The translations under genes and the position numbers were made by a program. Below, piece by piece: positions 45,178 through 55,458 of a DNA stretch of 64,000 nucleotides (within the stretch, counting starts at the first letter, position 1; each line of letters starts with the position of its first letter). Source of the stretch: an uncultured Planctomycetota bacterium. Lineage in GTDB: Bacteria > Planctomycetota > Planctomycetia > Pirellulales > Lacipirellulaceae. The stretch covers positions 256,001 through 320,000 of the forward strand of contig CAVRBU010000004.1 in NCBI GenBank assembly GCA_963719315.1. The letters run 5' to 3'. Below the pieces are notes generated by a model. It did no database searches. It saw only the letters and a program-made list of their open reading frames with translations, and was not told where the DNA came from.

Positions 45178-45240
45178 AACGCTAATCCTCACTAATCTCC
45201 GCTAATCCGGAATTAGTGGAGATTAGTGAGGATTAGTGTT
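45178..45240. repeat. Long palindrome built from 10-nt CTAATC-containing units
   Basis: CTAATCCTCACTAATCTCCGCTAAT pairs with ATTAGTGGAGATTAGTGAGGATTAG. Confidence 0.85.
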
Positions 45241-45301
45241 CCTGAATTTTGCTTCGTAACTTGCACTACTGTAATTCGCAATTCTGTTAGAGCGATTCGT
45301 C

Positions 45302-46975
45302 ATGTCCACCATGGAACCAACTCGTGGCGTCGAGCACGCCGGCTCTCCCCTTGAGAGTGCAGTCGACTTAGGCTGGACGACCTGGCTGCACGAGTGGGCC
45401 ACCACGGTCGATCACAAGAAACTCGGCATCATGTACGTCATGATGAGCATCGTGTTTCTAGTAGTCGGCGGTCTCGAAGCGCTGTTGATGCGGTTGCAGC
45501 TATTCTTTCCGCGCGGCAACGTGATCGGACACGATACGTTCAACCAGCTGTTCACGATGCACGGCACGACGATGGTGTTCTTCGTCGGCATGCCGATTCT
45601 GATCGGCATCGGCAACTACCTGGTGCCGCTGATGATCGGCGCTCGCGACATGGCCTTCCCGCGGCTCAACGCGTTCGGCTTTTGGATCACGCTGCTTGGC
45701 GGCCTGATGGTGTATCTGAGCCTAATCACGGGCGGCGCGCCCGCCTTGGGCTGGTTCGCCTACGCGCCGCTGACGGCAAATACATTTTCCCCCAGCGCCG
45801 CCACCGACTTCTGGGCGCTCGGCCTGGTCATCAGCGGCATCGGAACGATCAGCGCGGCGGTGAATTTCATCGCCACGATTCTCGGCATGCGCGCACCCGG
45901 CATGACAATGCGCAAGGTGCCGTTTTTCGTCTGGACGATGCTGTGGACCGCTTTTCAAATGCTGCTTGCCCTGCCGCCGCTAACTGCCGCGCTGATTATG
46001 ATCCTGTTCGATCGTCTATTAGGGGCGCATTTTTTCGACGTACCCAACGGCGGCTCGGCCTACCTGTGGCAGCACCTGTTCTGGTTCTTCGGCCACCCAG
46101 AAGTTTACATCTTGATCTTGCCGGTGTTCGGCATGGTGTCGGAGGTGATTCCCGTCTTTTCACGCAAGGTGCTGTTTGGCTACGAGTTCATGGCGGCGGC
46201 CACAATGGCGATTGCCTTCATCAGCCTCGGCGTGTGGGCCCATCACATGTACTGCGTCGGCATGGGCCGCACGCTCGACCTGTTCTTCGCCACGGCGACG
46301 TTTTTGGTATCAATTCCCACCGGCATCAAGTTCTTCAACTGGCTGGCCACGATGTACGGCGGGCGCATCCGCTTGGCCTCGCCCATGCTGTTCGCGTTCG
46401 GGTTCCTGTCGATGTTCCTCATCGGCGGACTCACTGGCGTGATGCTCGGCGCGGCGCCGTTCGATTTCCAACTTTCCGACAGCTATTTTGTCGTGGGCCA
46501 TTTCCACTGGGTACTGATCGGCGGCACGATCTTCGGCACGTTTTCAGGCATCTACTATTGGTACCCGAAGATGACTGGGCGGATGCTTTCGGAGCGGCTG
46601 GCCAAGTGGCACTTCTGGTTGCTGTACATTGGCTTCATTCTTACGTTCGGCCCGATGCACATCTCCGGCATGCTGGGCATGCCGCGACGAATCTACACCT
46701 ACGACGCCGGCCATGGCTGGGAAATCTGGAATCAACTCAGCACGATCGGCGCACTTTTGCAAGCGCCGAGCTACGCGATCTTCGTCTACAACCTGATCGT
46801 CTCTCTGCGGCACGGCAAACCGGCCGGCGACGATCCGTGGGACGCCTGGACGCTCGAATGGAAGACGACTTCGCCACCGCCCTCTTACAACTTCGAGGAA
46901 ACGCCTACGGTCCACAGCCGTCGGCCGTTGTGGGATATTAAACATCCGGAAGACCCCGATTGGCAGTATGAGTAA
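45302..46975 (+). CDS. coxA: Cytochrome c oxidase subunit I, A1 type
   Basis: TMHGT, DMAFPRLN, WFFGHPEVY, WAHHM, PTGIK, HFHW, GMPRR. Confidence 0.97.
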   Translation: MSTMEPTRGVEHAGSPLESAVDLGWTTWLHEWATTVDHKKLGIMYVMMSIVFLVVGGLEALLMRLQLFFPRGNVIGHDTFNQLFTMHGTTMVFFVGMPILIGIGNYLVPLMIGARDMAFPRLNAFGFWITLLGGLMVYLSLITGGAPALGWFAYAPLTANTFSPSAATDFWALGLVISGIGTISAAVNFIATILGMRAPGMTMRKVPFFVWTMLWTAFQMLLALPPLTAALIMILFDRLLGAHFFDVPNGGSAYLWQHLFWFFGHPEVYILILPVFGMVSEVIPVFSRKVLFGYEFMAAATMAIAFISLGVWAHHMYCVGMGRTLDLFFATATFLVSIPTGIKFFNWLATMYGGRIRLASPMLFAFGFLSMFLIGGLTGVMLGAAPFDFQLSDSYFVVGHFHWVLIGGTIFGTFSGIYYWYPKMTGRMLSERLAKWHFWLLYIGFILTFGPMHISGMLGMPRRIYTYDAGHGWEIWNQLSTIGALLQAPSYAIFVYNLIVSLRHGKPAGDDPWDAWTLEWKTTSPPPSYNFEETPTVHSRRPLWDIKHPEDPDWQYE

Positions 46976-46981
46976 CGCGCT

Positions 46982-47605
46982 ATGAACCAAGCCGCCGCCA
47001 GTGAACTGCCCGTGCCGCCGGATATTGTGCCGGAACGCACGCTGAGCGCGCCTGAGTGGGGCATGGCCAGCTTCCTGGTTTCGGAAGTGGCATTTTTCGG
47101 CACGCTGATCGTGACCTACGTGGCATTCATGGGGCGCGATACCATCGGCCCCACGCCGGCCGAGGCGCTGTCGTTGCCACTGGTGATCGTTTCGACACTG
47201 TGCCTTCTATCGAGCAGCGCGGTGATTCATTCCGCCGAACGTGCTTTGGAGCGCAATGAACAGCGAGCATTCTGCTTCCTACTGGCGACGACAATCGCGC
47301 TGGGAATTGCGTTCTTGGTTCTCACGGGCGTCGAATGGTACGGACTTATCACCAAGCATCAACTCACGATTGGCCGGAATCTTTTCGGCACGACGTACTA
47401 CACGCTCGTTGGCTTTCATGCCCTGCACGTCACCGTAGGCGTCGTCGTGATGTCTATCGTGCTTGCGCTAGCGATGGGCCGCGAGATCACGGCGGCGCAT
47501 CGCACGGGCGTGAGGCTCGTCGCCTGGTACTGGCACTTCGTCGATGCGGTTTGGATCATGGTGTTCTTCGTGGTCTATATCGCCAGCCGGAGCAGCGGAG
47601 CATGA
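46982..47605 (+). CDS. coxC: Cytochrome c oxidase subunit III
   Basis: FLVSEVAFFG, LLSSS, GFHALHV, YWHFVDAVW. Confidence 0.93.
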   Translation: MNQAAASELPVPPDIVPERTLSAPEWGMASFLVSEVAFFGTLIVTYVAFMGRDTIGPTPAEALSLPLVIVSTLCLLSSSAVIHSAERALERNEQRAFCFLLATTIALGIAFLVLTGVEWYGLITKHQLTIGRNLFGTTYYTLVGFHALHVTVGVVVMSIVLALAMGREITAAHRTGVRLVAWYWHFVDAVWIMVFFVVYIASRSSGA

Positions 47606-48888
47606 ACCACGACCCGCACGCCGCCGATGAAACCGACTCGGTCGACATGCCCAAGCCGACCGCTGCGCCGCTGGTGTTGGCCGTGGGAATCGCATTGTTG
47701 GCGATGGGCGTGGCGACCCGTCCGACGTTCCTTGTTGTCGGCGCCGTCGTATTTGTAATCGGACTGGGGCGGTGGATCAATCAGTTGCTGCCGGGGCGCG
47801 GCCATTGGCGCGAACCGCTTGTTGCGCCTGCGCAGCGTCCGCAACCGATGGCGCCCGCGCCGGGAGAAGTCGAGAAGTTGCGTCACGGCATGCCCGGCTA
47901 TCGGTTGCGGCTGCCCGTGAAGGTGCATCCCGTTTCGGCCGGTATCAAGGGAGGGCTTGTCGGCGGATTGGTGATGCCGCTGCCGGCGCTACTGTATGGA
48001 TATTTCAGTGGCCACGGCATTTGGTGGCCGGTGAACCTGCTCACCGGCATGGTGCTGCCTGGTGTCGGCGACATGAGCAATACTGAGTTGGAAAAGTTCC
48101 ACCCCACGCTGCTGGCAACAGGGGTTGTCATTCACATCGTCGTGTCGCTCACCATGGGCCTGATGTACGGCGTACTCATGCCGACGCTGCCGGACATCCG
48201 CAAGCCGCTGGAGTGGGGCGCGCTCTTGATGCCGCTACTGTGGACCGCAGTGAGTTTTTTCGCGCTCGGCCAGATACATCCCGGTGTTCGCGAGCGCATC
48301 GAGTGGCCATGGTTTGTGCTGTCACAGTTTGTGTTCGGCGTCGTGGCGGCGCTGGTCTTCATGCGATTTGAAAATCGCAGCCGAGTATTCGCCGGCCTGT
48401 TCGGCGGCGTGGCCGGTGGTTTGCTGATGCCGATCCCGGCGATTCTGTGGAGCCTGGCCGCCGGGCACGGCATGTGGTATCCGGTCAATCTGTTGGCCGC
48501 GATGGCGCCAAATCACTCGGCCGTGCCATCGCTCGTGGAACTCGAAGCATTTCACGCCGACTGGTTGGTCATTGCCATCGGCGTCCATGCTATCCTTTCG
48601 ATTATCTTTGGCCTGGCGTTCGCCTTCGTCTTACCGCGTTTGCCGACGATTCCGGGTCCGCTGGCCTGGGGCGGCTTACTGCTGCCGCTGCTGTGGACGG
48701 CGATGAGTTACGGGTTGATGGGTGTGGTGAACCCGGTGTTGCAGCAGCGCGTCAATTGGCCGTGGTTCATCGTGTCGCAATTCGTGTTTGGCATCGTCGC
48801 GGCGATCGTCGTCGTCCGCTCCGAACAAGTTCACATTCCACCGGCCGGGCAAGGGCCCGATCGGCGAGCCGACTTCGTCGCTAATTAA
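47602..48888 (+). CDS. Polytopic membrane protein with an internal tandem duplication
   Basis: ATGA overlap with coxC. N-terminal PKPTAAPLVLA hairpin, then two ~140-aa repeats (GHGxWxPVNLL...PLLWTA...WPWFxxSQFVFG). Confidence 0.85.
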   Translation: MNHDPHAADETDSVDMPKPTAAPLVLAVGIALLAMGVATRPTFLVVGAVVFVIGLGRWINQLLPGRGHWREPLVAPAQRPQPMAPAPGEVEKLRHGMPGYRLRLPVKVHPVSAGIKGGLVGGLVMPLPALLYGYFSGHGIWWPVNLLTGMVLPGVGDMSNTELEKFHPTLLATGVVIHIVVSLTMGLMYGVLMPTLPDIRKPLEWGALLMPLLWTAVSFFALGQIHPGVRERIEWPWFVLSQFVFGVVAALVFMRFENRSRVFAGLFGGVAGGLLMPIPAILWSLAAGHGMWYPVNLLAAMAPNHSAVPSLVELEAFHADWLVIAIGVHAILSIIFGLAFAFVLPRLPTIPGPLAWGGLLLPLLWTAMSYGLMGVVNPVLQQRVNWPWFIVSQFVFGIVAAIVVVRSEQVHIPPAGQGPDRRADFVAN

Positions 48889-48899
48889 ACATAACGGAA

Positions 48900-50224
48900 C
48901 AGTAGTGTCCCAACGTTTTCTCGTGGTTTGATTGTAAGTTGTTAATTGTTTCTAGTTTACGGAAGACCATGACCTGCTTCGATTTGAAATTGCCTTGGCC
49001 GATAATTTCCGATTTCCGGGATTTCGGAGGGGAATCGGTCTATGCACGCAGGCAAGTTGGTGTTCTCGCAGTTGATGGACTTTGTTCCGTGGCGCCGTTT
49101 CGAGACGTGCGTCCGTCGCTACGACGGCGATCACAAGATCAAAACGTTTCCCTGCGGCGAACATCTGCGGGTGATGGCCTTCGCGCAACTTACCTACCGG
49201 GAAAGCTTGCGCAATGTCGAAACCTGTCTGCGGGCCGTGCAGACCAAGTGGTATCACAGGGGGATTCGCGGCGGCGTCTCGCGGAACAATCTGTCGAACG
49301 CGAATCGAGTGCGCGACTGGCGGATCTACGCCGACTTCGCTCAGATTCTGATCGGAGAAGCCCGCGCGCTGTACGCCGCGGAAGACTTGGGCATCGACTT
49401 GGATGCCACCGTCTACGCGCTCGACGCCTCCACGATCGACTTGTGCCTGTCGCTGTTCCCTTGGGCCCGGTTTCGCCGGACCAAGGGGGCCGTCAAACTG
49501 CACACGCTGCTCAATCTTCATGGCAACATCCCCGAATTTATCCTGATTTCCGACGGAAAACTGCACGATGTGAACGTATTGGATTACCTGGTTCCATCAC
49601 CAGGCGCATACTACGTCATGGACCGCGGGTATCTCGACTTTGCTCGTCTGTACCAACTTCACCAAGCGAAAGCGTATTTCGTCACCCGAGCCAAGAAGAA
49701 TTTTACGTTTCAGCGACGTTACTCCCGCGAGGTCGACAGAACGACTGGCGTGCAGTGCGACCAGACGGTGGTCTTGGAAACGTTTTACTCTTTTCAAGGG
49801 TACCCCGAACCGTTGCGTCGCATTCGTTACTACGACCAGTCGCTCGGCAAGCGTCTGGTGTTTCTGACCAACGACTTCGAGTTGCCGGCGACGACGATCG
49901 CAGCGCTGTACAAGTCCCGTTGGCAGATCGAGTTGGTTTTCAAATGGATCAAACAACACCTGCGGATCAAGTCGTTCTATGGCACGAACCAGAACGCCGT
50001 GAAGGCTCAAATCTGGATCGCCGTTTCGGTCTACTTGCTCGTGGCCATCGCCAAAAAACGCCTCGGCATCGAAATGTCGCTTTACACAATTCTACAGATT
50101 CTGAGCGTCTCGATTTTCGAGAAAACGCCCTTAGGAGAGCTGTTTTCGCAAACCAACTACAAAATCCTACAACCCCATCCTCCTAACCAGTTGTCGCTAT
50201 TCGACTAACGTTGGGACACTATTG
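48900..50224 (+). mobile_element. IS4-family insertion sequence (1325 bp)
   Basis: IRs CAGTAGTGTCCCAACGTT (48900-48917) and AACGTTGGGACACTATTG (50207-50224), 17/18 match. 9-bp TSD ATAACGGAA at 48891-48899 and 50225-50233. Confidence 0.95.
49042..50208 (+). CDS. IS4-family transposase, intact
   Basis: AQLTYRESLR, LDASTIDL, DRGY, YKSRWQIELVFK (YREK motif). Confidence 0.95.
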   Translation: MHAGKLVFSQLMDFVPWRRFETCVRRYDGDHKIKTFPCGEHLRVMAFAQLTYRESLRNVETCLRAVQTKWYHRGIRGGVSRNNLSNANRVRDWRIYADFAQILIGEARALYAAEDLGIDLDATVYALDASTIDLCLSLFPWARFRRTKGAVKLHTLLNLHGNIPEFILISDGKLHDVNVLDYLVPSPGAYYVMDRGYLDFARLYQLHQAKAYFVTRAKKNFTFQRRYSREVDRTTGVQCDQTVVLETFYSFQGYPEPLRRIRYYDQSLGKRLVFLTNDFELPATTIAALYKSRWQIELVFKWIKQHLRIKSFYGTNQNAVKAQIWIAVSVYLLVAIAKKRLGIEMSLYTILQILSVSIFEKTPLGELFSQTNYKILQPHPPNQLSLFD

Positions 50225-50232
50225 ATAACGGA

Positions 50233-50997
50233 ATGAAACAACTCGCTCGCACTTCCTGGCACCGCCGACAGCTCGCGCTATGCGTGTTGCCGTTGGCGCT
50301 GTGGGTCGGATGCGACTTGCCGGGTAAACCCAATCCGGCGAACAAACCCGAATTGCCGGACCAGAACCTGAGCTTCCACAAATTGTTCGTGGCCAATTGC
50401 GCCGGCTGCCATGGGGCAAAAGGAGAGTTTGGACCAGCGCCGCCGCTCAACGATCCACTCTTCGTGTCGATCGTGCCCGACGAGGATTTACTGAACGTAA
50501 TTCGCGCCGGCCGGCGCGGCACACCGATGCCGCCATTTCTGATCGACAACGGCGGTATGCTCACGCAACAGCAAATCGAAGTGCTAGTCGCGGGAATCAA
50601 ATCGCAATGGAACGCGAAAACCACAGACCTGGAATCACCGCCGCCGTATCAACTGACAAACGCCGGCGCCGTTCAATCGCCCGACGAACGCCAGCGCGGA
50701 CATGAGGTTTTCGCACGCGCTTGTGCCGGCTGCCATGGTGAGAACGGTCTGGGGAACAGCGCGGACCACGGTGCCGGCCCGATCAACGTGCCGGCGTTCC
50801 TCGCGCTCATCAGCGACCAAGCCATCCGGCGAATCGTGATTACCGGTCGGCCCGACTTGGGGATGCCGAACTATGCGGAAACCAAGGGGCGGCCCGACAA
50901 CTTCAAGCCGCTAACTTCCGCCGAAATCGGCGACTTAGTCGCACTGATCGCAAGTTGGCGCACGACCGGCGCCGTCGCGAGGTCGAATGGCCAATAG
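50233..50997 (+). CDS. Di-heme cytochrome c lipoprotein
   Basis: Lipobox WVGC; two CAGCH motifs; distal MP motifs. Confidence 0.88.
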   Translation: MKQLARTSWHRRQLALCVLPLALWVGCDLPGKPNPANKPELPDQNLSFHKLFVANCAGCHGAKGEFGPAPPLNDPLFVSIVPDEDLLNVIRAGRRGTPMPPFLIDNGGMLTQQQIEVLVAGIKSQWNAKTTDLESPPPYQLTNAGAVQSPDERQRGHEVFARACAGCHGENGLGNSADHGAGPINVPAFLALISDQAIRRIVITGRPDLGMPNYAETKGRPDNFKPLTSAEIGDLVALIASWRTTGAVARSNGQ

Positions 50998-51029
50998 ATA
51001 GTGCTCCAAAGAAGCAACGAGAATAAATT

Positions 51030-51595
51030 ATGGAAAACACTTCGCCCTGTACAGAAGCAATCGATGCTGCGGAGTTGCCCAGTCGGCGCACGGTTTTGCG
51101 CGTGCTAACGGGCTTGTTCGGCGCCGTTGCCGCGACCGTGCTGAGCATTCCGATGGTGGGTTACTTCTTTGGCGTGCGAAAGCGTACACCGGCATGGATT
51201 GATTTAGGCGGAATCGCTGATTTTCCGCTCAACGAAACGCGCCGGCTCACGTTCGACAATTCGATGCGTCAGCCGTGGGACGGCATGACGGCGCTCACCA
51301 TCGTGTACGCCCGTTATCAAGGAACGAATGACGGGAAGTCGGACCAGTTCCTAGTGCTGTCGGCCAATTGGCGCATCTGGGTTGCCCCGTCACCTGGTTC
51401 CAACAGTCGGGCCTGTTCATGTGCCCATGCCATGGCGGCGTGTACTACGCCAACGGCGAGCACGCCTCCGGCCCACCGCCACGCGGCTTGTACCACTGCG
51501 AATGGCGAGTCCACGATGGCCGGCTGCAGGTCCAATCGCCCCATTACCCGACACTTCAAGACCCACTCGTACCGCAACACCGCGAGACCGTTTGA
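51030..51595 (+). CDS. Rieske Fe-S subunit of a bc-type complex, 1-nt deletion near 51369
   Basis: SRRTVL Tat-like motif and TM helix. (C)AHLGC...CPCHGG and GPPPRGL are restored by adding one base. Confidence 0.88.
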
Positions 51596-51612
51596 CGGCA
51601 GCAGGATTCCTC

Positions 51613-53127
51613 ATGTTTGGCTGGCTTAAATCGATCGGCAAATGGGTGGATGTCCGCATCGGCTTCAGCGATACGCTGTTGCCGGTTATGCGGCACCCGA
51701 TACCGCGTGCCATCGACGGCCCGATCGGCTGGTGGTACGTGTTCGGCAGCGCATCGCTCACGTTCATGTTGATCCAAATCGTCACTGGCATCGGGCTGGC
51801 GCTGGTGTACGTTCCCGCGGCCGACAAAGCCTATGAGAGCTTGCTGTATTTGGACTACGAGCAGCCGTTGGGCTGGTACATTCGGGCGTTGCACTACTAC
51901 GCCGGCTCGGGCATGGTGGTGATGCTGCTGGTGCATATGACGCAAGTATTTCTGCAGGGCGCGTACAAATATCCGCGCGAGTTGACGTGGGTCATCGGCG
52001 TGTTCTTACTTGTGTGCGTGATGGGCATGTTCTTCAGCGGTCAGATTCTCCGCTGGGATCCGGACGCCTACTGGGGCCTGGCAGTCGCGGCGTCGATGGC
52101 CGGGCGCGTGCCGTACCTTGGGCCCTGGGTCGTGGAATTGCTGCTGGGCGGTCCGATCATCGGCGGCGATTCGCTTAGCCGATTCTTCGCACTGCACGTG
52201 TTCGTGATTCCCGCGGCGCTGTTTTTCTTTTTGGGCGTTCATCTGTGGCTGGTGCTGAAATGCGGGATCAGTTCTCCGCCCATGCCGGGCAAAATCGTCG
52301 ACCCACGAACCTACGATGCGGAATACCATCAAGAGATCGAACACGGCGTACCGTTTCTCGGCGACGCCATCTTGAAGGACATCATCTTCTCGGCGCTCGC
52401 AGTAACGATCGTCATCGTCATCGCGGCGCTCGTCGGCCCAAAAGGACCCACGGGTCCGCCCGATCCTGGGCTGGCCGACGCCAACCCGCGCCCGGAATGG
52501 CCCTTTCTGTGGCTGTTCGCGCTGTTGTCGCTCAGTCCGCCGGCCATCGAGACGTTCATTATGCTCGTGCTACCGGTCGTGATCGTCGTGGTGTTGCTGC
52601 TCGTGCCGTTCCTAAGCAATCGCGGCGAGCGGGCACCCAGTCGTCGGCCGGTGGCGGTGCTCGCGGTCGTTACCATTTATGCTACGCTTGCCGCGCTCTC
52701 CTATGAGGGCGTCCGCGCGCCGTGGTCGCCGAAAATGACGGCCTGGACCGCCGACCCGATCCCGAAACCGATTGTCGAGCGCTCGACGCCGCTCCAGTTG
52801 CAAGGCTCGCTCGTGTTCCAATACAAGAACTGTCGCAACTGCCACGCGCTCGACGGCATCGGTGGCGACCGCGGGCCGGATCTGACCCGCATCGGCACGA
52901 AAATGACCCGCAACCGATTGATCGACCAGGTGAGCAACGGCACGCCCGGTGGAGGCAACATGCCGGCCTATGGCAAGCAAATGAGCCCCGTCGAGATGGA
53001 CGCACTGGTCGATTTTCTCGTCAGCCTGCGACCCGAGGGCCAAGCGCCCGCCGGTGCCGGTGACCAATCGTTTGTCGCCGAAGACGGGATACGTCCCGTC
53101 GCACAAACCACCTCCCCCGCGCAATGA
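51613..53127 (+). CDS. Cytochrome b with fused C-terminal cytochrome c
   Basis: Four His ligands (RALH, LVH, FALH, GVH), YKYPRELTW, PEWP in place of PEWY, CRNCH. Confidence 0.92.
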   Translation: MFGWLKSIGKWVDVRIGFSDTLLPVMRHPIPRAIDGPIGWWYVFGSASLTFMLIQIVTGIGLALVYVPAADKAYESLLYLDYEQPLGWYIRALHYYAGSGMVVMLLVHMTQVFLQGAYKYPRELTWVIGVFLLVCVMGMFFSGQILRWDPDAYWGLAVAASMAGRVPYLGPWVVELLLGGPIIGGDSLSRFFALHVFVIPAALFFFLGVHLWLVLKCGISSPPMPGKIVDPRTYDAEYHQEIEHGVPFLGDAILKDIIFSALAVTIVIVIAALVGPKGPTGPPDPGLADANPRPEWPFLWLFALLSLSPPAIETFIMLVLPVVIVVVLLLVPFLSNRGERAPSRRPVAVLAVVTIYATLAALSYEGVRAPWSPKMTAWTADPIPKPIVERSTPLQLQGSLVFQYKNCRNCHALDGIGGDRGPDLTRIGTKMTRNRLIDQVSNGTPGGGNMPAYGKQMSPVEMDALVDFLVSLRPEGQAPAGAGDQSFVAEDGIRPVAQTTSPAQ

Positions 53128-55413
53128 TCTCCACATTCGACGCATTTCTGCGGTCCTGGCCCGTCGCACCTTGGCTTGCCGCGACGCTCTTGGTTTCCGC
53201 TTGCCTCTACGCGCGCGGTTGGCGTCAGCTTTATTACCGCGACCCCGAACGCTGGCACGCCGGGCGTCTTATCGCATTTCTGGCCGGTCTTGCCGCTGTT
53301 TATCTGGCTCTTGCTTCGCCCATTGAACCGTTCGCGTTATTGCTGCTCTCGGTCCACATGCTGCAGCACCTACTGTTGATGATGATTGCCCCACCGCTGA
53401 TTTGGCTCGGTTGGCCGCTGTTTCCGCTAATTCGCGGTTTGCCCGAACCTGTGCGCACGTATTGGGTCGTCCCCCTGCTGCGATATCGCCCGTTGCGAAA
53501 CACGTTCGGCTGGCTCACGCACCCCTTCGTCGCTTGGACGTTGTACGTGGCCATGACGTGGCTTTGGCACATTCCGCCCATTTATGAACTGGGTCTTGCG
53601 AATGACGATTGGCACTTCATTCAGCACGCCTGCTTCATCGCGAGCGCCATGCTTTTCTGGTACCCGGTCGTGCGGCCTTACCCTGGCCGACCGCGCTGGC
53701 CTAACTGGTTGCTATTTCCGTACCTGCTACTGGCCGACGTGCAAAACACACTCCTGGCGGCATGGCTCACCTTCTCACCGCGCGTCCTGTACCCTCATTA
53801 CTTGCAAATCCCACGTCTCGACGGCATCTCGGCACTCAGCGATCAGCGCGTTGCCGGCGTGTTGATGTGGGTACCCGGCTCGATCGTCTTTCTCGTGCCG
53901 CTGTTCTGCCTCGGTGTCGCCTATCTATTTGGGACGGATCGCGAAACCAAGCGGCGACGCACGCGACTTCCTATCTTCAAACCACAGCCGCCGGTACCAG
54001 CATACGACCTGCTCACCACGCCGGTGTTTGGCCGCTTTTTCCGCTGGCGACACGCGCGTCGCACGTTGCAACTGGTACTCTTTGCCGTCGCCGCGATTGT
54101 CATCTACGACGGTTTACGCGGCCCGCAAGTTGCACCGGTGAATCTGGCCGGAGTGCTCCCGTGGATACACTGGCGTGGTGCGGTGATCCTGTCGCTCCTC
54201 GTTGGGGGCAACTTCTTTTGTATGGCGTGCCCGTTCACGCTGCCGCGCTTCGCTCGCCCGCCGTTCGCTGTTCTCCAGCCGCCCGTGGCCGCGGTGGCTG
54301 CGCAGCAAATGGCTCGCCGCCGCGCTGGTCGCCATCTTTCTCTGGAGTTACGAAGCGTTCGCACTTTGGGATAGCCCCTGGATAACGGCCTGGATCGTCA
54401 TTGGTTACTTTGTCGCCGCGTTTGTTGTCGATAGCCTGTTCACCGGTGCAGCCTTCTGTAAATACATGTGCCCAATTGGCCAGTTCAACTTCGTACAGTC
54501 GCTCATGTCGCCGCTCGAAGTCGCCGTCCGCGAACCAGCCGTTTGCAGCACCTGTTCCTCCAAGGAATGCATTCGTGGAAGTGAGAACATCCTCGGTTGC
54601 CAGACGCATCTCTTCCAACCGCACAAGCACGGCAACCTCGACTGCACGTTTTGTCTAGACTGCGTCCACTCCTGCCCGCACACCAACGTGGGCCTACTCG
54701 CGACCGTGCCCGGACACGCGCTCTGGACCGACCCCGTTCGTTCTGGAATCGGTCGATTCAGCCGCCGCCCCGACCTGGCTGCGTTGGTGCTCGTACTCGT
54801 TTTCGGCGCGTTCGCCAACGCGGCCGGCATGATCGAGCCGGTCGTCCAGTGGCAAGACCGACTCCGGCTTGCGCTCGGCGATCCGCCGCGACTGGTGATC
54901 ACCACCGCCAGCTACCTCGTCGCGCTCATCGTACTTCCGCTGGTCGTTGTCGCACTTGCCGCGACGATCAGCCGTCGCTGGGCCAGGCTTGCTGGTTCCA
55001 CAGTTACCACCGCCACGCGATTCGCCTTCGCCTTGGCGCCGATCGGGTTCGGCATGTGGCTCGCCCATTACAGCTTCCATTTCTTTACGAGTTGGGACAC
55101 GATCATCCCTGCCACGCAGCGCTTCGCCGCCGACCGCGGCTGGACAGCATTCGGTGAACCGGTCTGGCGATGCGCTTGTTGTCAGGGAACGGCCGCTTGG
55201 ATCCCCCGCGTTGAGATTCTGATGCTCGATTTCGGCTTGCTGGGCTCGCTGTACACCGGCTTCCGCATTGCCGAGGCAAGCACCTCGAGCACGGCCCGAG
55301 CGTTAAGGGCTTTCGCACCTTGGGCGACACTCATGGTGCTGCTATTCGTGCTGGGAGTGTGGATCGTGTTTCAGCCGATGGAGATGCGCGGTACGCTGAC
55401 GCTTTCGGGGTAG
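53124..55413 (+). CDS. CtaG-like oxidase assembly factor fused to a membrane polyferredoxin, +1 frameshift near 54250
   Basis: HMLQHLLL, WLWH, QH, DQ..AGVLMWVPG (CtaG); CMACP, CKYMCP, CSTCSSKEC, CTFCLDCVHSCP. Confidence 0.85.
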
Positions 55414-55458
55414 AGCCCGCTCACTTCAAGACAACGTGATAGGCAGTAGAGGTAGAGA

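Noticed and set aside
45394..46941. 515-aa alternative-frame ORF inside coxA
   Set aside because: Arg/His/Gly-rich shadow of GC-biased codons; no motifs.
48939..50186. 415-aa ORF overlapping the IS4 transposase
   Set aside because: Arg-rich off-frame product; the transposase frame explains the region.
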